Shown one piece after another: positions 19,625 to 28,055 of a stretch of 64,000 nt of DNA. The translations under genes and the position numbers were made by a program. Origin of the DNA: Candidatus Lustribacter sp. (GTDB taxonomy: Bacteria > Vulcanimicrobiota > Vulcanimicrobiia > Vulcanimicrobiales > Vulcanimicrobiaceae); contig OZ255842.1 of assembly GCA_965277805.1 (NCBI GenBank), positions 3,424,001 through 3,488,000 of the forward strand, in the 5' to 3' direction. Position 1 is the first letter of the stretch. Each line of letters opens with the position of its first letter. The notes beneath the pieces are model-generated. The model saw nothing but the letters and a program-made list of their open reading frames with translations, searched no databases and was not told the DNA's origin.

Positions 19625-20629
19625 TCACTGGACGGGCAGCGTGGTGGTGGTGACCTGCACGGCGATCGTCGCCGTGCGGGCTTGCGCGTCACTGACGGTG
19701 ATGGTGGCGCTGCCGGCCGCAACTGCGGTGACGGTGACCGTCGTGCCGTTAACGGTCGCGGTCGCAACCGACGCGTTCGAGCTGTTCGCGCCGTAGCTGC
19801 CGGTGTAGCCGCTCGGATCTGCGATCGTCGACGTCGCGGAGGCACCCGGCGCCAGTAACGAAACCGCAGTGGTGCTAAGGGTGAAGGCGATCGGCGGCGC
19901 AGGGGGCGCGGCCGGCGTCGTTGCCGGTGCGGGTGTCGGCGCCGCTGCTTGTGCGCTCACCGCGTACACGGCGAGCGAGTACGGCACGTTCGCCGAAAAT
20001 GTCACCGGCGTCGCGGGGTTCGGAGCCGCGAACACGAGGGACGTCGCACCAACGGTTGCCGGGCCTTCGAAGCCGAGTTGCCAGCCGAGCGACGCTTCGA
20101 GCGGGTTGTAGAGCGCGAGATAGTAGCTTGCGGACGGCAGCCCGGACGGGACCGTAAACGTGAAGCCCGGTGCGTTGGGCGCGGTGAACGTCGTCGACGA
20201 TGCAACGTTCATATAGAACAGGGTCGAATGCGGCGCGACACTTTGCACGCTGCGCGACGTGGTGCGCAAAAGCGCGAGCGCCGGCACGCCCGCGCCGAGC
20301 GCCGCGTTCGAACTTGCGAGAGCGATCGCGAGCGTCGTCCCGGATGGAATCGTAGCCGGCGCGCTCAGCGACAGCGTGCCGCTATACGGGCCTGCCGATG
20401 GCAGCGCGACCGCGATCGTGCCGTTGGTTTGAGGCGCCGTTGCGAGCGACGTCGTTCCGATCGCCGAGAACGCGCCTTCGGCCGGTAGCGGCGGAGCAGT
20501 CGGACCGGCGGATGCGATCGGAGTCGTGCTTGTGGCTCCGCCACCGCACCCCGCGGCAACGGCGGCCGCAAGGACGAGGGCCGCGTGCCAGGGGGCGGGA
20601 CAGAGCCGGAACGATCGCGTCACGTGCAT
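19625..20629 (-). CDS. secreted lipoprotein with C-terminal Ig-like (Big_2-type) domain
   Basis: Lipobox-like AAGC-GGG, Pro/Ala linker, SSNASVATATVNGTTVTVTAVAAGSATITVSD. Confidence 0.8.
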   Translation of the reverse strand: MHVTRSFRLCPAPWHAALVLAAAVAAGCGGGATSTTPIASAGPTAPPLPAEGAFSAIGTTSLATAPQTNGTIAVALPSAGPYSGTLSLSAPATIPSGTTLAIALASSNAALGAGVPALALLRTTSRSVQSVAPHSTLFYMNVASSTTFTAPNAPGFTFTVPSGLPSASYYLALYNPLEASLGWQLGFEGPATVGATSLVFAAPNPATPVTFSANVPYSLAVYAVSAQAAAPTPAPATTPAAPPAPPIAFTLSTTAVSLLAPGASATSTIADPSGYTGSYGANSSNASVATATVNGTTVTVTAVAAGSATITVSDAQARTATIAVQVTTTTLPVQ

Positions 20630-20664
20630 GTTCGCAGATTAGCGGCACGCGATGAAGCGGCGAT

Positions 20665-20684
20665 ATGGGGGAAATCCCTACCAT
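20665..20684. promoter_or_regulatory. palindromic operator candidate GGGA-AA-TCCC
   Basis: atgggggaaatccctaccat, about 36 nt upstream of the lipoprotein ATG at 20629. Confidence 0.45.
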
Positions 20685-20800
20685 TAGCGGTCGCTCGATA
20701 GGTATGACAAGAGAGACGTCGTCAACTTGTCGATATCGCAACTGGGCGGATCGCTTCCCGCCGAGCGAATCCTTTGCCCCGGACCGATCGTCATCTGCGC

Positions 20801-21364
20801 ATGAGCGAAATCATCGTCATTCAATTCGTCACGATCGACGGCGTGACCCAAGACCCCGATGGTTCCGAGGGATCCGAGCATGGCCGCTGGGCGTTCCGTT
20901 ACGGACCGCAAGCCGTCGCAGGCGACAAGTTCAAACTCGGCCCATTGCTGGACACCGGTACGCTCGTGCTGGGCCGACGCACCTGGCAGCTCTTCGCAAC
21001 CCTGTGGCCGGCGCGCACCGACGACTTTTCACAAAAGATGAACGCGATACAGAAGCTCGTCGTGAGCCGCACACTCGAACGCGTGGACGCTTGGAACAAC
21101 TCGACACTGCTTACCGGCGACGCGATCGGCCAACTTCGTCGCCGGAAGGAACGCGACGATCTCATCATCATCGGAAGCGACAGCCTCGTCCAGCTACTGC
21201 GCGAATACGATCTGGTCGATGAGTATCGTCTCCTCATCTTCCCGGTCGCGCTCGGCAGCGGCCGGCGGCTCTTCCCCGAGGGCTACAGCCCGCGAGAACT
21301 CGAGATACGCAGCGTCGAGCAGTCCGGCGAAGCGTGCCTTTTACGGCTCGGCGTCACACGTTGA
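20801..21364 (+). CDS. dihydrofolate reductase family (RibD C-terminal) protein
   Basis: FVTIDGV, LVLGRRTW, KLVVSRTL, GSDSLVQ, LVDEYRLLIFPVALGSGRRLF. Confidence 0.92.
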   Translation: MSEIIVIQFVTIDGVTQDPDGSEGSEHGRWAFRYGPQAVAGDKFKLGPLLDTGTLVLGRRTWQLFATLWPARTDDFSQKMNAIQKLVVSRTLERVDAWNNSTLLTGDAIGQLRRRKERDDLIIIGSDSLVQLLREYDLVDEYRLLIFPVALGSGRRLFPEGYSPRELEIRSVEQSGEACLLRLGVTR

Positions 21365-21605
21365 TGCGGCACGATACGAGCGAAATGCCGGCGAGGGTGA
21401 CCAGACCGGCGCCCACCGGCACGACGGCCACGACCGCGCCCACCACGGCCCACGCAAACAAGTAGAGGGCTCCGAATGCGATGCCGCGGCGCTTGCAGTG
21501 CTGCACTGCGCCCGGCAGCATCATCACGACCATCATGGCAACCATCGTTGCCATCGACGTCGAGAAAACGGGCACGGCATCTGCCATGCCCGGCATTCCC
21601 GTCAT
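21354..21605 (-). CDS. short Met-rich membrane protein resembling the N-terminal part of DUF2182 (possibly truncated)
   Basis: ATGA overlap with the DUF899 stop; MTGMPGM...MATMVAMMVVMMLPG...YLFAWAVVG; only 83 aa. Confidence 0.6.
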   Translation of the reverse strand: MTGMPGMADAVPVFSTSMATMVAMMVVMMLPGAVQHCKRRGIAFGALYLFAWAVVGAVVAVVPVGAGLVTLAGISLVSCRINV

Positions 21606-22315
21606 GTCGCTTGGGCGGCTTCCAATACCGAGTTCCACTGGGGATCGGCATCGGCGCCGTAATTGTCGTGCCAGTTCCACCACGTGTACGGTTCGCTCTG
21701 CGGGTAACCCGGCGGCGAGACTTCCCACGTTTCTTGGCGTCCGAGCGGCGTCAGGTCGAGATAGCTCCACGTACTGCCCATCGCTTCGTCGCCGCGGCCG
21801 TTGATGAAGTACGTGCGGAAGATGCGTTCCCCATCGCGGAAAAAGACATTGTGACCGTGCCATTCATCGACGCCGTGATCGCGATCGAAGCTATCGGTGA
21901 TGCTGTACCACGGCATTTGCCAACCCATCCGTGCCTTGAGCCGCGCGATGTCCGGCTGCGGTGCGCGAGAGACGTACGCAAGCGTTGTGTCGCGCGCATT
22001 CAAGTGCGCGAGATGAGCGACCTGATCGGCCCCGAACGAGCAGCCGCGACAAGCATGCTCGGGCCACCCGAACACGTCCGGGTCGAAGAACGCGCGGTAG
22101 ACGATCAACTGAGGGCGTCCCTCGAAGAGGTCGAGGAGGCTCACCGCGCCGTTCGGTCCGTCGAACGCATACGGTCTCTCGACCGGCGTCCACGGCATGC
22201 GCCGCCGCTCGGCGGCCAGCGCATCGCGAGCATGCGTCAAGGCTTTCTCTTTCACGAGCAATTGCTCGCGCGCAGTTTCCCACTCTTCGGGCGTTACGAC
22301 CGGCGGCGTGTTCAT
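21602..22315 (-). CDS. DUF899 thioredoxin-like protein
   Basis: LLVKEKALT, RRRMPW, DLFEGRPQLIVY, CRGCS, LDLTPLGRQE. Confidence 0.92.
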   Translation of the reverse strand: MNTPPVVTPEEWETAREQLLVKEKALTHARDALAAERRRMPWTPVERPYAFDGPNGAVSLLDLFEGRPQLIVYRAFFDPDVFGWPEHACRGCSFGADQVAHLAHLNARDTTLAYVSRAPQPDIARLKARMGWQMPWYSITDSFDRDHGVDEWHGHNVFFRDGERIFRTYFINGRGDEAMGSTWSYLDLTPLGRQETWEVSPPGYPQSEPYTWWNWHDNYGADADPQWNSVLEAAQAT

Positions 22316-22770
22316 GATGCTTCCAACACCGTCGCCAGATGATCGATGATCTGGGTCCAGCCTTCCTCGTGACGCTCGCGCGACTCAACGCTCGCGAGCT
22401 TTTCATGCGTGAGCACGAGTTCGGTTGCGCCGTTGCGCTCGATGAAGTCGAGTGAGAGCAGCGACTCGTGTTCCTCGGCCGGATCGTCTTCTTCCCAGCG
22501 CCACGTCATCACGAGGCGCTGTGGCGCGTTGACTTCGAGATAGGTGCCGCGCGCGACGAAGCGTCCGCTTTCGGGCGTGTCCATCTCGATGCAAAATGCA
22601 CCGCCCACCTTGACGTCCATCTGACTGACCGTCGCTTTGATTTCGCCGGGTCCCAAAAAACGCGCGGCGATTTCGGGGTTGGTCCACGCGGCGAAAACAC
22701 GTTCGCGCGGAACGGGATAGGTGCGCCGGAGTACGAGTGCGGCCACCGCCGGCGACTGCAAGTTCGTCAT
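22312..22770 (-). CDS. SRPBCC/AHSA1 domain protein
   Basis: RERVFAAWTNP, DVKVGG, RLVMTW, TELVLTH, HEEGW. Confidence 0.92.
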   Translation of the reverse strand: MTNLQSPAVAALVLRRTYPVPRERVFAAWTNPEIAARFLGPGEIKATVSQMDVKVGGAFCIEMDTPESGRFVARGTYLEVNAPQRLVMTWRWEEDDPAEEHESLLSLDFIERNGATELVLTHEKLASVESRERHEEGWTQIIDHLATVLEAS

Positions 22771-23114
22771 GTTCTTTTCTTCTTTCGGGGAGCAGGTTCG
22801 TTGAGGACCTCGCCGAGCCGGTCGAGCGCGTGGTTCCAGAACGCGGTCTGCTTGCCGATCCAGCCTGCTGCAGCACTCATCGCCTCGGGCGCGAGGGTGC
22901 AGTGGTGAACGCGGCCGACGACGCGCCGGTCGAGCACGCCGGAATCTTCGAGCACGCGCACGTGCCGCGAAATTGCCGGCTGCGAGATGGGAAACTCGGC
23001 GGCGATCTCGCCGATCGTCAGCGGCCCGCGCGCGAGGCGCTCCACGATGCGCCTTCGGGTCGGGTCGGAGAGGGCGGCAAAGACCGCGTCGAGGTTTCCC
23101 GGACTGTTAACCAT
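22767..23114 (-). CDS. ArsR/SmtB family transcriptional regulator
   Basis: LDAVFAALSDPTRRRI, ISQPAISRHVRVLE. Confidence 0.92.
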   Translation of the reverse strand: MVNSPGNLDAVFAALSDPTRRRIVERLARGPLTIGEIAAEFPISQPAISRHVRVLEDSGVLDRRVVGRVHHCTLAPEAMSAAAGWIGKQTAFWNHALDRLGEVLNEPAPRKKKRT

Positions 23115-23140
23115 AATGTTATATAACCTTATCATTATAT
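23107..23140. promoter_or_regulatory. ArsR autoregulatory operator/promoter
   Basis: AT-rich island with two 16-nt tandem copies (TAACCATAATGTTATA / TAACCTTATCATTATA, 12/16 identical) and palindrome GTTATATAAC at 23118-23127; overlaps the ArsR start codon. Confidence 0.65.
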
Positions 23141-23144
23141 ATTG

Positions 23145-23640
23145 GCCCGGTCAAGCACCACCGGGACACCAGCGCGGGATCCAGCTTGGCAACCTTGGCG
23201 AAGACCGCCGAGCTCCCGAATCAGCCCGGCACGCACCGCGTCGGTCTTTTGCGGCTCGGTGATGATCGCCGCCTGGATGATGCCGCGCTGCAGCGATTAC
23301 CCCATCTCGCTGAACTTCAGCTCGATGAACTTCACTTTGTCGTGCGGTACCCTGTTCGCATCGAACCAGCCGAGAACGCTCAGCTGGTTGAAGTCGCCGA
23401 GCGTCGATACACCGATCGTCCCGGCGGCGAGATCGCGGGCCGACTTGATCGGCGAGTCTTTGGCGACAACGAGATTAGGATCGGCGTTTTTTCTTCGAAT
23501 AGAGCGATGCCGGCGCGATCATCTGCAGCGGCAAACCTTTGGCAACGGCAGCCGCGATTTGCGGCGCGTTACCCATGCCGACGTCGAGATCGCCGGCACC
23601 GCCGATTGCGGCATTCGAACGCGCGACCTGGAACACCACA
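23145..23640 (-). pseudogene. decayed NitT/TauT substrate-binding protein gene
   Basis: GDLDVGMGNAPQIAAAVAKGLPLQMIAPASLY, frameshift at the T6 run 23487-23492, then LVVAKDSPIKSARDL...KFIELKFSEMG, in-frame TAA at 23297-23299, then LQRGIIQAAIITEP and a further frame break. Confidence 0.85.
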
Positions 23641-23812
23641 TGGTAACGTCGCGCATGTCGTACTTGGCGGGCCACGTCTGCGGGACTAAATCCAAAGCGT
23701 ACGATTTTGCAAAGAGCCGGCCGATGATCGGCGACCGCTTCGTGATGATTAGCGTACCCATCGGCCACCGGTCCGTACCGGTGGCTCGAGGAGTACGCAA
23801 ACGACCGTCCCG

Positions 23813-24316
23813 TTAGGCCAATTGCGTGAGCAGCGTCTCCGCGTTGGACACTTCGAATTTACCGGGTTCCTCGACGTTCAGTTGCACGACTTTGCCGTTG
23901 TCGACCAGCGCCGAAAAACGTTTGGTGCGCGCACCCATCCCCGGCCCGCCTTGGACGAGTCCCAACGCATTCGACCAGTCGGCCGTTGCATCACCCAGGA
24001 AGCGGATTTTGCCGAGCGCCTTTTGTTCGCGGCCCCAATGCGCCATCACGAACGCATCGTTGGTGGCCACGCACCAGACTTCGTCGACGCCGGCCTTCTT
24101 CAAGTCATCAAAATGTTGGAGATAGCCGGGGACGTGCTTGGCTGAACACGTCGGTGTATAGGCACCCGGCACGCCGAAGATCGCGACCTTCTTGCCCTTT
24201 ACTGCATCGGCGACCTTAACGTCTTTCGGCGCCATCGCGCACGACGTGGCCGAGTCGAATTCCGTGGTCTCTTTGAGTTCGCCATCCGGTAGCTGGTCGC
24301 CGACTTTTACTGACAT
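23813..24316 (-). CDS. peroxiredoxin (Prx5-like)
   Basis: PGAYTPTCSAKHVPGY, NDAFVM, LNVEEPG. Confidence 0.93.
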   Translation of the reverse strand: MSVKVGDQLPDGELKETTEFDSATSCAMAPKDVKVADAVKGKKVAIFGVPGAYTPTCSAKHVPGYLQHFDDLKKAGVDEVWCVATNDAFVMAHWGREQKALGKIRFLGDATADWSNALGLVQGGPGMGARTKRFSALVDNGKVVQLNVEEPGKFEVSNAETLLTQLA

Positions 24317-24404
24317 GCGTGATATTCTCCAGTCGTTGCAATGTGTCTGGACGGACCCTTCGCGCTGTGGCGGATGATTCCACCCGTGGACGAATCTCTC
24401 AGCG

Positions 24405-25538
24405 ATGATTCAGCCGGCGTCCGGCTCTCGCAGCCGCGTATCCACCTTCAGCCGCAATGCGTTCAAACTCGGCCTCTTCGGGTTGAACCTTTCCTCCGGC
24501 CGGTCGGCGACCAAAGTGCCGGAACGCTGGTCCGGCAACTGGGACGATAACCTCAAGGCCGCCCAATTGGCGGACGACGCCGGGATGGACTTCCACCTGC
24601 CCGTCGCGCGCTGGAAAGGCTACGGCGGCGCGACCAACTTCGAAGGCGCGGGGTTCGAATCCACCGCGTGGGCGTGCGGCCTGCTCGCGGCGACGAAGAA
24701 CATCACGGTCTTCGCAACCGTGCACGCGCCGCTCGTTCACCCGGTGTTCGCCGCGAAGCAATTCGTCACGGCCGATCAGATCAGCCACGGCCGCTTCGGG
24801 CTCAATCTCGTGTGCGGCTGGAACTCCGATGAGTTCGAGATGTTCGGCGTCGAACAGCGCGAGCACGCGGAACGCTACGCGCACGGCGCCGAGTGGATCA
24901 CGGCGGTGAAGCGCATGTGGAGCGAAGCCGAACCATTCGACTTCGACGGCGAATTTTTCCAGCTCAAGCACGTTGAAGCCGAGCCCAAGCCCTTCGGTGG
25001 AACGCGGCCGATCATCATGAACGCGGGAACGTCGCCGCGCGGGCAAGAGTTCGCGGTAACGCACGCCGACATGCTGTTTCGTAACTGGCGCAGCCTGGAA
25101 GAAAATCGCGCGGACAATGCGGCATCTCTCGCGGCGGCCGCGGCAAGCGGTCGGGACATCGGAATCTACACGTCCGGCTACGCGGTCTGCCGGCCGACGC
25201 GTAAAGAAGCGCTCGACTACGAACACTACGTTGCCGACGAGAACGGTGACTGGGACGCGATCGATCACATGATGGAGCTATCCGCGGCCGGCAAAGTCGT
25301 GCCGATGGACAGCAATAACGAGATGATGATGCAACGGCGCCGGCGCATCGCGGTCGGACACGGCGGCTGCCCGATCGTCGGAACGCCCGACGAGTGCGCC
25401 GCCGGCTTGCAGCAACTGCACGAAGCGGGCTTCGCCGGGTTCGCGTTTTCGTTCGTGAACTACCTCACGGAGTTCCCGTACTTCCGCGACGAGGTGCTGC
25501 CGCGGCTCGAGCGGCTCGGACTACGCGAGCCCGGTTAG
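24405..25538 (+). CDS. LLM-class flavin-dependent monooxygenase (SfnG/RutA-like)
   Basis: LPVARWKGYGG, FATVHAP, GRFGLNLVCGW, NAGTSPRG, FRDEVLPRL. Confidence 0.92.
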   Translation: MIQPASGSRSRVSTFSRNAFKLGLFGLNLSSGRSATKVPERWSGNWDDNLKAAQLADDAGMDFHLPVARWKGYGGATNFEGAGFESTAWACGLLAATKNITVFATVHAPLVHPVFAAKQFVTADQISHGRFGLNLVCGWNSDEFEMFGVEQREHAERYAHGAEWITAVKRMWSEAEPFDFDGEFFQLKHVEAEPKPFGGTRPIIMNAGTSPRGQEFAVTHADMLFRNWRSLEENRADNAASLAAAAASGRDIGIYTSGYAVCRPTRKEALDYEHYVADENGDWDAIDHMMELSAAGKVVPMDSNNEMMMQRRRRIAVGHGGCPIVGTPDECAAGLQQLHEAGFAGFAFSFVNYLTEFPYFRDEVLPRLERLGLREPG

Positions 25539-27026
25539 CGCGCTTTCCAAGGCGGCGATGAGTACCGGCGGGTCGCCGGTGCCGAACGCGTAGTGGTCGG
25601 GGCGGACGAGCGCGCACGACGCCCCGGCCGAGGCGAACCACGCGGCGATGAACGGGTCGCGTTCCTCGACGAGGATGGGATCGGCAAGCGCGATTCCATC
25701 GCTTGCAAGTTTGACCGGGGTGATCCGGATGGCGCGGGTTGCCGTGATGTCGACGAGACGGAAGCCTTGCTGCACGTCATCGAAGAGCATTCCGCCGGAC
25801 GTCAGCGGCTGCGGGAAGATCGTGCCGGCGGCTGGTGAGGCGTGCAAACAGCCATCGGTCAGCGGCGGAACGATCGCGCTGCGAATCCGCACCGGCGGCG
25901 CGCCGTTGCCCTCCGCGAGCAGACGCGCGTCGCGCTCGCGAGCGGCCGCCGGATCGCGTTCGCCGATCAGTTCCCCGAACGTCTTTGCGACCAGCGTCGT
26001 CGCGCGCACGTGCGGCGCACGTTCGCGCTGATAGGTGTCGAGCAGCGCATCGCTCGCGCCACCTGAGAGTATCGCGTCGAGCTTCCACGCCAGGTTCGCC
26101 GCATCGCGCAAACCTTGGCAGAGGCCTTGGGTGAGAAACGGGGGCGTGACGTGCGCGGCGTCACCGGCCAGCGCGATGCGGCCACGGCGCCAGCGATCGG
26201 CGATGAGCGTGTGAAAGCGGTACGGCGCAACCCGCCACAAGGTCGCATCGGCGCGCGTGATCCAGCGCTCCAGCAAGCGCCACACGCCGGCCTCGGTCGA
26301 TGCTTGGAGCGGATCCTCGCCCGGCAACAACATCATCTCCCAGCGGCGTACATTGCGCGGACCGATCACATACGAACACGGCCGCGCGGGCTCGCAGTAT
26401 TGCACGTTCGTTTGCGGCAGCCGGTTTAACGCCGCGGCATCGACGTGCACGTCGGCCACGAGCCACGGCTGATCGAAGGCCAGATCCTCGAACGTCGCGC
26501 CGATCGTGCGGCGTAGGGTTCCCGCCGCGCCGTCTGCGCCGAGGACGTATTTCGAGCGCACGATTCGTGGGCGTCCGGCGCCGCCGCGCAATGTCAGCTC
26601 GACGGCGTCGTCGCCTTCGTTGCAGGCGATCATCTCGCAGCCGAGGGCGAGCTCCACGCTCGGATAGCTCGCAGCGGTCGCGCGCAATTCCGCTTCGAGT
26701 TCGGGCTGCACGAAACTGTAGTATGGCGCCCAGCCGGCGGCGTAGGGCGGCGGCGCGAACTCGATGCGCTGGATCGTCCGCCCGTCGATCCCTCGGTACT
26801 CGCTCGGACAGAAGCGGTCGACGATGCTGGCCACGCGATCGGCGGCGCCCGCAGCTTGAAAGATGCGCATCGCGTCGTGATCGAAGCCGATCGCGCGTGG
26901 CTTCGCGTAGATCTCGCGCTCGCGATCGACGGCGAGGACGCGGCGTCCGGCCCGGCCGAGCAGCGCCGCCGCCGTGACGCCGACGGGACCGAGCCCGACG
27001 ATCGCAACGTCGACGTCTTCAGACAT
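25521..27026 (-). CDS. FAD-dependent aromatic hydroxylase (MhpA-like)
   Basis: GLGPVG, PRAIGFD, VLGADG, LAGDAAHVTPPFLTQGLCQGLRDA, VRPDHY. Confidence 0.9.
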   Translation of the reverse strand: MSEDVDVAIVGLGPVGVTAAALLGRAGRRVLAVDREREIYAKPRAIGFDHDAMRIFQAAGAADRVASIVDRFCPSEYRGIDGRTIQRIEFAPPPYAAGWAPYYSFVQPELEAELRATAASYPSVELALGCEMIACNEGDDAVELTLRGGAGRPRIVRSKYVLGADGAAGTLRRTIGATFEDLAFDQPWLVADVHVDAAALNRLPQTNVQYCEPARPCSYVIGPRNVRRWEMMLLPGEDPLQASTEAGVWRLLERWITRADATLWRVAPYRFHTLIADRWRRGRIALAGDAAHVTPPFLTQGLCQGLRDAANLAWKLDAILSGGASDALLDTYQRERAPHVRATTLVAKTFGELIGERDPAAARERDARLLAEGNGAPPVRIRSAIVPPLTDGCLHASPAAGTIFPQPLTSGGMLFDDVQQGFRLVDITATRAIRITPVKLASDGIALADPILVEERDPFIAAWFASAGASCALVRPDHYAFGTGDPPVLIAALESALTGLA

Positions 27027-27035
27027 GCGCGCGCG

Positions 27036-27986
27036 TCAATCGCGATCGACGTGTTGCGGCCAGTGGTCTCCCCAGCCCGGACGCCGGCCGGCGTCTTCGT
27101 TCCGAATGAACCACGAACTCCCGCCGTGCGGAATGCTCTCGTGCTCTTGCGGTGTCCAATGATCGGTGATGTAGTCGATGTCGCAACCAACTTCCACCAA
27201 ACCGCCGGCGGGATTCTCGAAGTACCAGTACACGTTCGAACCGGCAACGTGCCGGCCCGGACCGACGTGCGAGCGCCAGCCGTTGGCTTCCATGTGCCGG
27301 CCGCAGAGCATGACCTCGTCGATGTTGCGCACTTCGAACGCGACGTGCTGAAAGCCGGCGTTGTTGCCGCGTGTTTGCAAGAACAGGTTGTGGTGATCGT
27401 GGCCGAGCGGTGCGCGGAGGAACCAGCCGACCCCGGTGACCGACTCCGTGACGTGGAAGCCGAGCACGTCGCAGTAGAACGCGCGCATCTCTTCGCGCTT
27501 ACGCGGCACCCACAGGACCGCATGAATCATGCGCTGCTGCCGCACGCGATACGGCTCGGCCGCTTCGGCGCGCCGATCGCGGCGGCCGATCGATCCGACG
27601 GTGTTTAGGGCGGCGTGCGGCGGCGTCAACGCGCGCGCGGTTGCCGGCGCGAACGCAAGCGCGTAGCCGAGCGGATCGACGGCGCGCACGGTTCCGTCAG
27701 CGCCGGTCTGCGCGCGTGCACCCAACGCGGCGCCCAGATCGCGCAGCGCAGCCGCCGATGCGACACCCCAGACGATCTCGCGGACGGTCGAACCGCCGAC
27801 AACGGCAGCGGGCAGCGCCGGATCGCCGGCTTTGCGCAAGCGAATCTGCGTCCCGTCGGCCAGCGCAAAATCGACGGCACCGGCCGCCTCGTGTGCGCGC
27901 GCAAGGCCCCAATCGTCATAGAAGGCGGCGGCACGCGGGAGATCTTCGACGCCGTAGACGAGTGCCTCCAAACCGACGATGCTCAC
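27036..27986 (-). CDS. VOC-family type I extradiol dioxygenase-like protein
   Basis: Two-domain VOC; candidate His/His/Glu ligands in MIHAV, FQHVAFE and GLVEVG; DHHN and GPGRH...YWYFENP. Confidence 0.85.
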   Translation of the reverse strand: MSIVGLEALVYGVEDLPRAAAFYDDWGLARAHEAAGAVDFALADGTQIRLRKAGDPALPAAVVGGSTVREIVWGVASAAALRDLGAALGARAQTGADGTVRAVDPLGYALAFAPATARALTPPHAALNTVGSIGRRDRRAEAAEPYRVRQQRMIHAVLWVPRKREEMRAFYCDVLGFHVTESVTGVGWFLRAPLGHDHHNLFLQTRGNNAGFQHVAFEVRNIDEVMLCGRHMEANGWRSHVGPGRHVAGSNVYWYFENPAGGLVEVGCDIDYITDHWTPQEHESIPHGGSSWFIRNEDAGRRPGWGDHWPQHVDRD

Positions 27987-28055
27987 GCGCTGTTCTCCGT
28001 CACCGCGATTCGCGGTTCCCGGGTCCGACAGCGAGATCGGCGAAGGGGAAGATTT

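Noticed and set aside
18152-19858. 568-aa + strand ORF
   Set aside because: Arg-rich antisense shadow of the lipoprotein genes.
23487-23492. Homopolymer frameshift as a phase-variation switch
   Set aside because: The run is only 6 nt, and a nonsense codon plus a further frame break mean slippage could not restore the gene.
23142-23816. 224-aa and 167-aa + strand ORFs
   Set aside because: Antisense to the SBP pseudogene, which has the recognisable motifs.
27615-28055. N-terminal extension of the 541-aa ORF (similarly for ORFs starting 2800, 3252, 4322, 5014, 29923, 33705)
   Set aside because: The extensions overlap neighbouring genes; downstream starts have better RBS, coupling or signal peptides.
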